A DNA stretch of 63,645 nucleotides, filler included, from Sluysia triapertura (Eukaryota), in NCBI GenBank assembly GCA_046118255.1. It is 5 parts of 5 records of this genome, joined end to end, with 100 filler letters (N's around TTAATTAATTAA, not from the genome) between each part and the next. Parts side by side here need not be neighbours in the genome. Positions count along the whole stretch, not along the records: positions 51,830 to 63,645 come from JBJNIA010168147.1; 4 more parts are not named here. One strand, written 5' to 3'. Both the position numbers and the translations under genes were made by a program. Below the pieces are notes generated by a model. That model was not told where the DNA came from, did no database searches, and was given only the letters and a program-made list of their open reading frames with translations. Numbering within the stretch: the stretch's first letter is position 1; each line of letters begins with the position of its first letter. Below, piece after piece: positions 62,335 through 63,645 of the stretch.

Positions 62335-63645
62335 CAGTGTTGTTAAACTCGCATACGCACGAGGACAAAACATTTAGTTCAGAAAATTTGAAGAACGAAA
62401 ATGGGGCATTGAAGAACCAAAATTCTTAATCACACGCTTAAAAACTGTGAAATCTTATTTCAAATCCTAACAAAAGATCGTCAAAATATGAAGTTTATTT
62501 GACAAAATTACAATTAAAATACAATTCTTTATAACTTTTATAAGTGGGAAAATGAACCAAATCACAATTTTTGAGTTGTTTTTTCCAAATTGTGAGTTTT
62601 AATTTAAATGCCTTAATAAACTCCCACTTCTGTGTGATAGCTTTATTTCGACCCTGAAGTTTTAAATCTAACTCATTTAAATGTCGTGTAATATTGATTA
62701 GAAAGGTTAAATCCTGGATCCAATTTTTATCTTTAAACTGTTCAACTAACTGATCTTTCATTTCAAAGAACGTTTTGATTTCTTTACGAAGTTCCCGAAA
62801 CAGCATCAAAATTTTGTGGCAAGAAAGCCAACGCACTTCTCCAAATAAATTAAGTCATCATGTTTATTTTCAATTTCTGACAGTAAAGATGAAAATTGTC
62901 GTTGATTCAAACCTCGAGATCGCATAAAATTTTTTTACAAATTGAAGAACGTTTTCCATTTTTATTACTCTGGTACACAGTATCTCTTCATGTATGATGC
63001 GGTAAACTGGGTTAAATTGGTTATCGAGAGAAATATCGTGTTGTTTAGCTAATAATTTAGCTATAAATCCATTTTTTTCATGTCATTGCTTTTGTACCGT
63101 CTGTAGCTACCCATACTAATTTAGATAAGAGAAGAATATATTTACTTAATAGCTCGTCGATTGATTTTAAGAGATAAAATGTTGAGGAGTTCTTCAGTCA
63201 CAATAAAAGCTTTGTTTCAAGCACGAATAAAGACAGCAAGTTGCGCTTGGTCAATGATATCTGTAGTTTCATCGATTGCACTTGAAAAATGTAGAATATT
63301 TCTCAAAATATTTTCAAGATTTTGACTAATATTAGTAGCGATATCATTAATTCACTCAGTAACACAATTTCTTGATAGTGAAATGCCTTGAATAGTATTT
63401 ACTTTTTCAGGAAAGAGTACTTCTGCAACTTTCAATATGCACTCCTTAACAAAATCAACGTCTGTGAAACATTTTGCACGTTTGGCTATAAGTTCCGAAA
63501 TAATGAAACTAGTTTGAAGTCGACCTTCGGAGTTTTCGAAAGATTTTTAAAAAATGATTGTTGTGACTTAAGTTCACTTTTTAATTTTTTTAACTTGTCT
63601 TCTCTTATTTTTCCCGTATATTGCTTATATTCTGAATGCATTTCA
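62335..63645 (-). mobile_element. Decayed hAT transposon (Buster/SPIN/GTF2IRD2-like)
   Basis: IDETTDIIDQAQLAVFIR, ATDG, IIHEEILC, VRWLS and HLNELDLKLQG fragments with frameshifts; CAG-starting terminus at 62335. Confidence 0.85.

Overview
The window joins five unrelated contigs with 100-nt N/TTAATTAATTAA/N linkers (16533-16632, 28171-28270, 40570-40669, 51730-51829). Contig 1 (1-16532) is bacterial and uses genetic code 4 (TGA=Trp), so the supplied ORF track fragments or misses many of its genes. Re-read in code 4, it is an apparently near-complete Mollicute (Spiroplasma/Mycoplasma-like) conjugative plasmid. It carries an iteron origin with a Rep_3 initiator, a 7-bladed beta-propeller surface adhesin, a minimal T4SS (VirB2-, VirB6-, VirB3/B4- and VirD4-like), an HTH/coiled-coil protein, an SSB-like gene and a MobL relaxase. 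It also has a co-oriented gene run (hypotheticals, Fic, DnaG primase) whose products share a C-terminal hydrophobic-x-hydrophobic tail, in two cases delivered by an identical 60-bp tail+stop+RBS+ATG repeat. Two long, compensated hairpins overlapping the starts of ssb and its neighbour, plus a GCGAAAGC mini-hairpin, suggest a module that acts on single-stranded DNA or RNA. Contigs 2-5 are very AT-rich animal genomic DNA, possibly from the host. They contain a kinesin-14, four exons of an SLC6 monoamine-type transporter, ubiquilin and CCCH-zinc-finger relics, decayed piggyBac, Tc1/mariner, hAT and RLE non-LTR elements, tRNA-derived SINEs and (AAT)n microsatellites. All translations and alignments were done by eye; no database searches were run.
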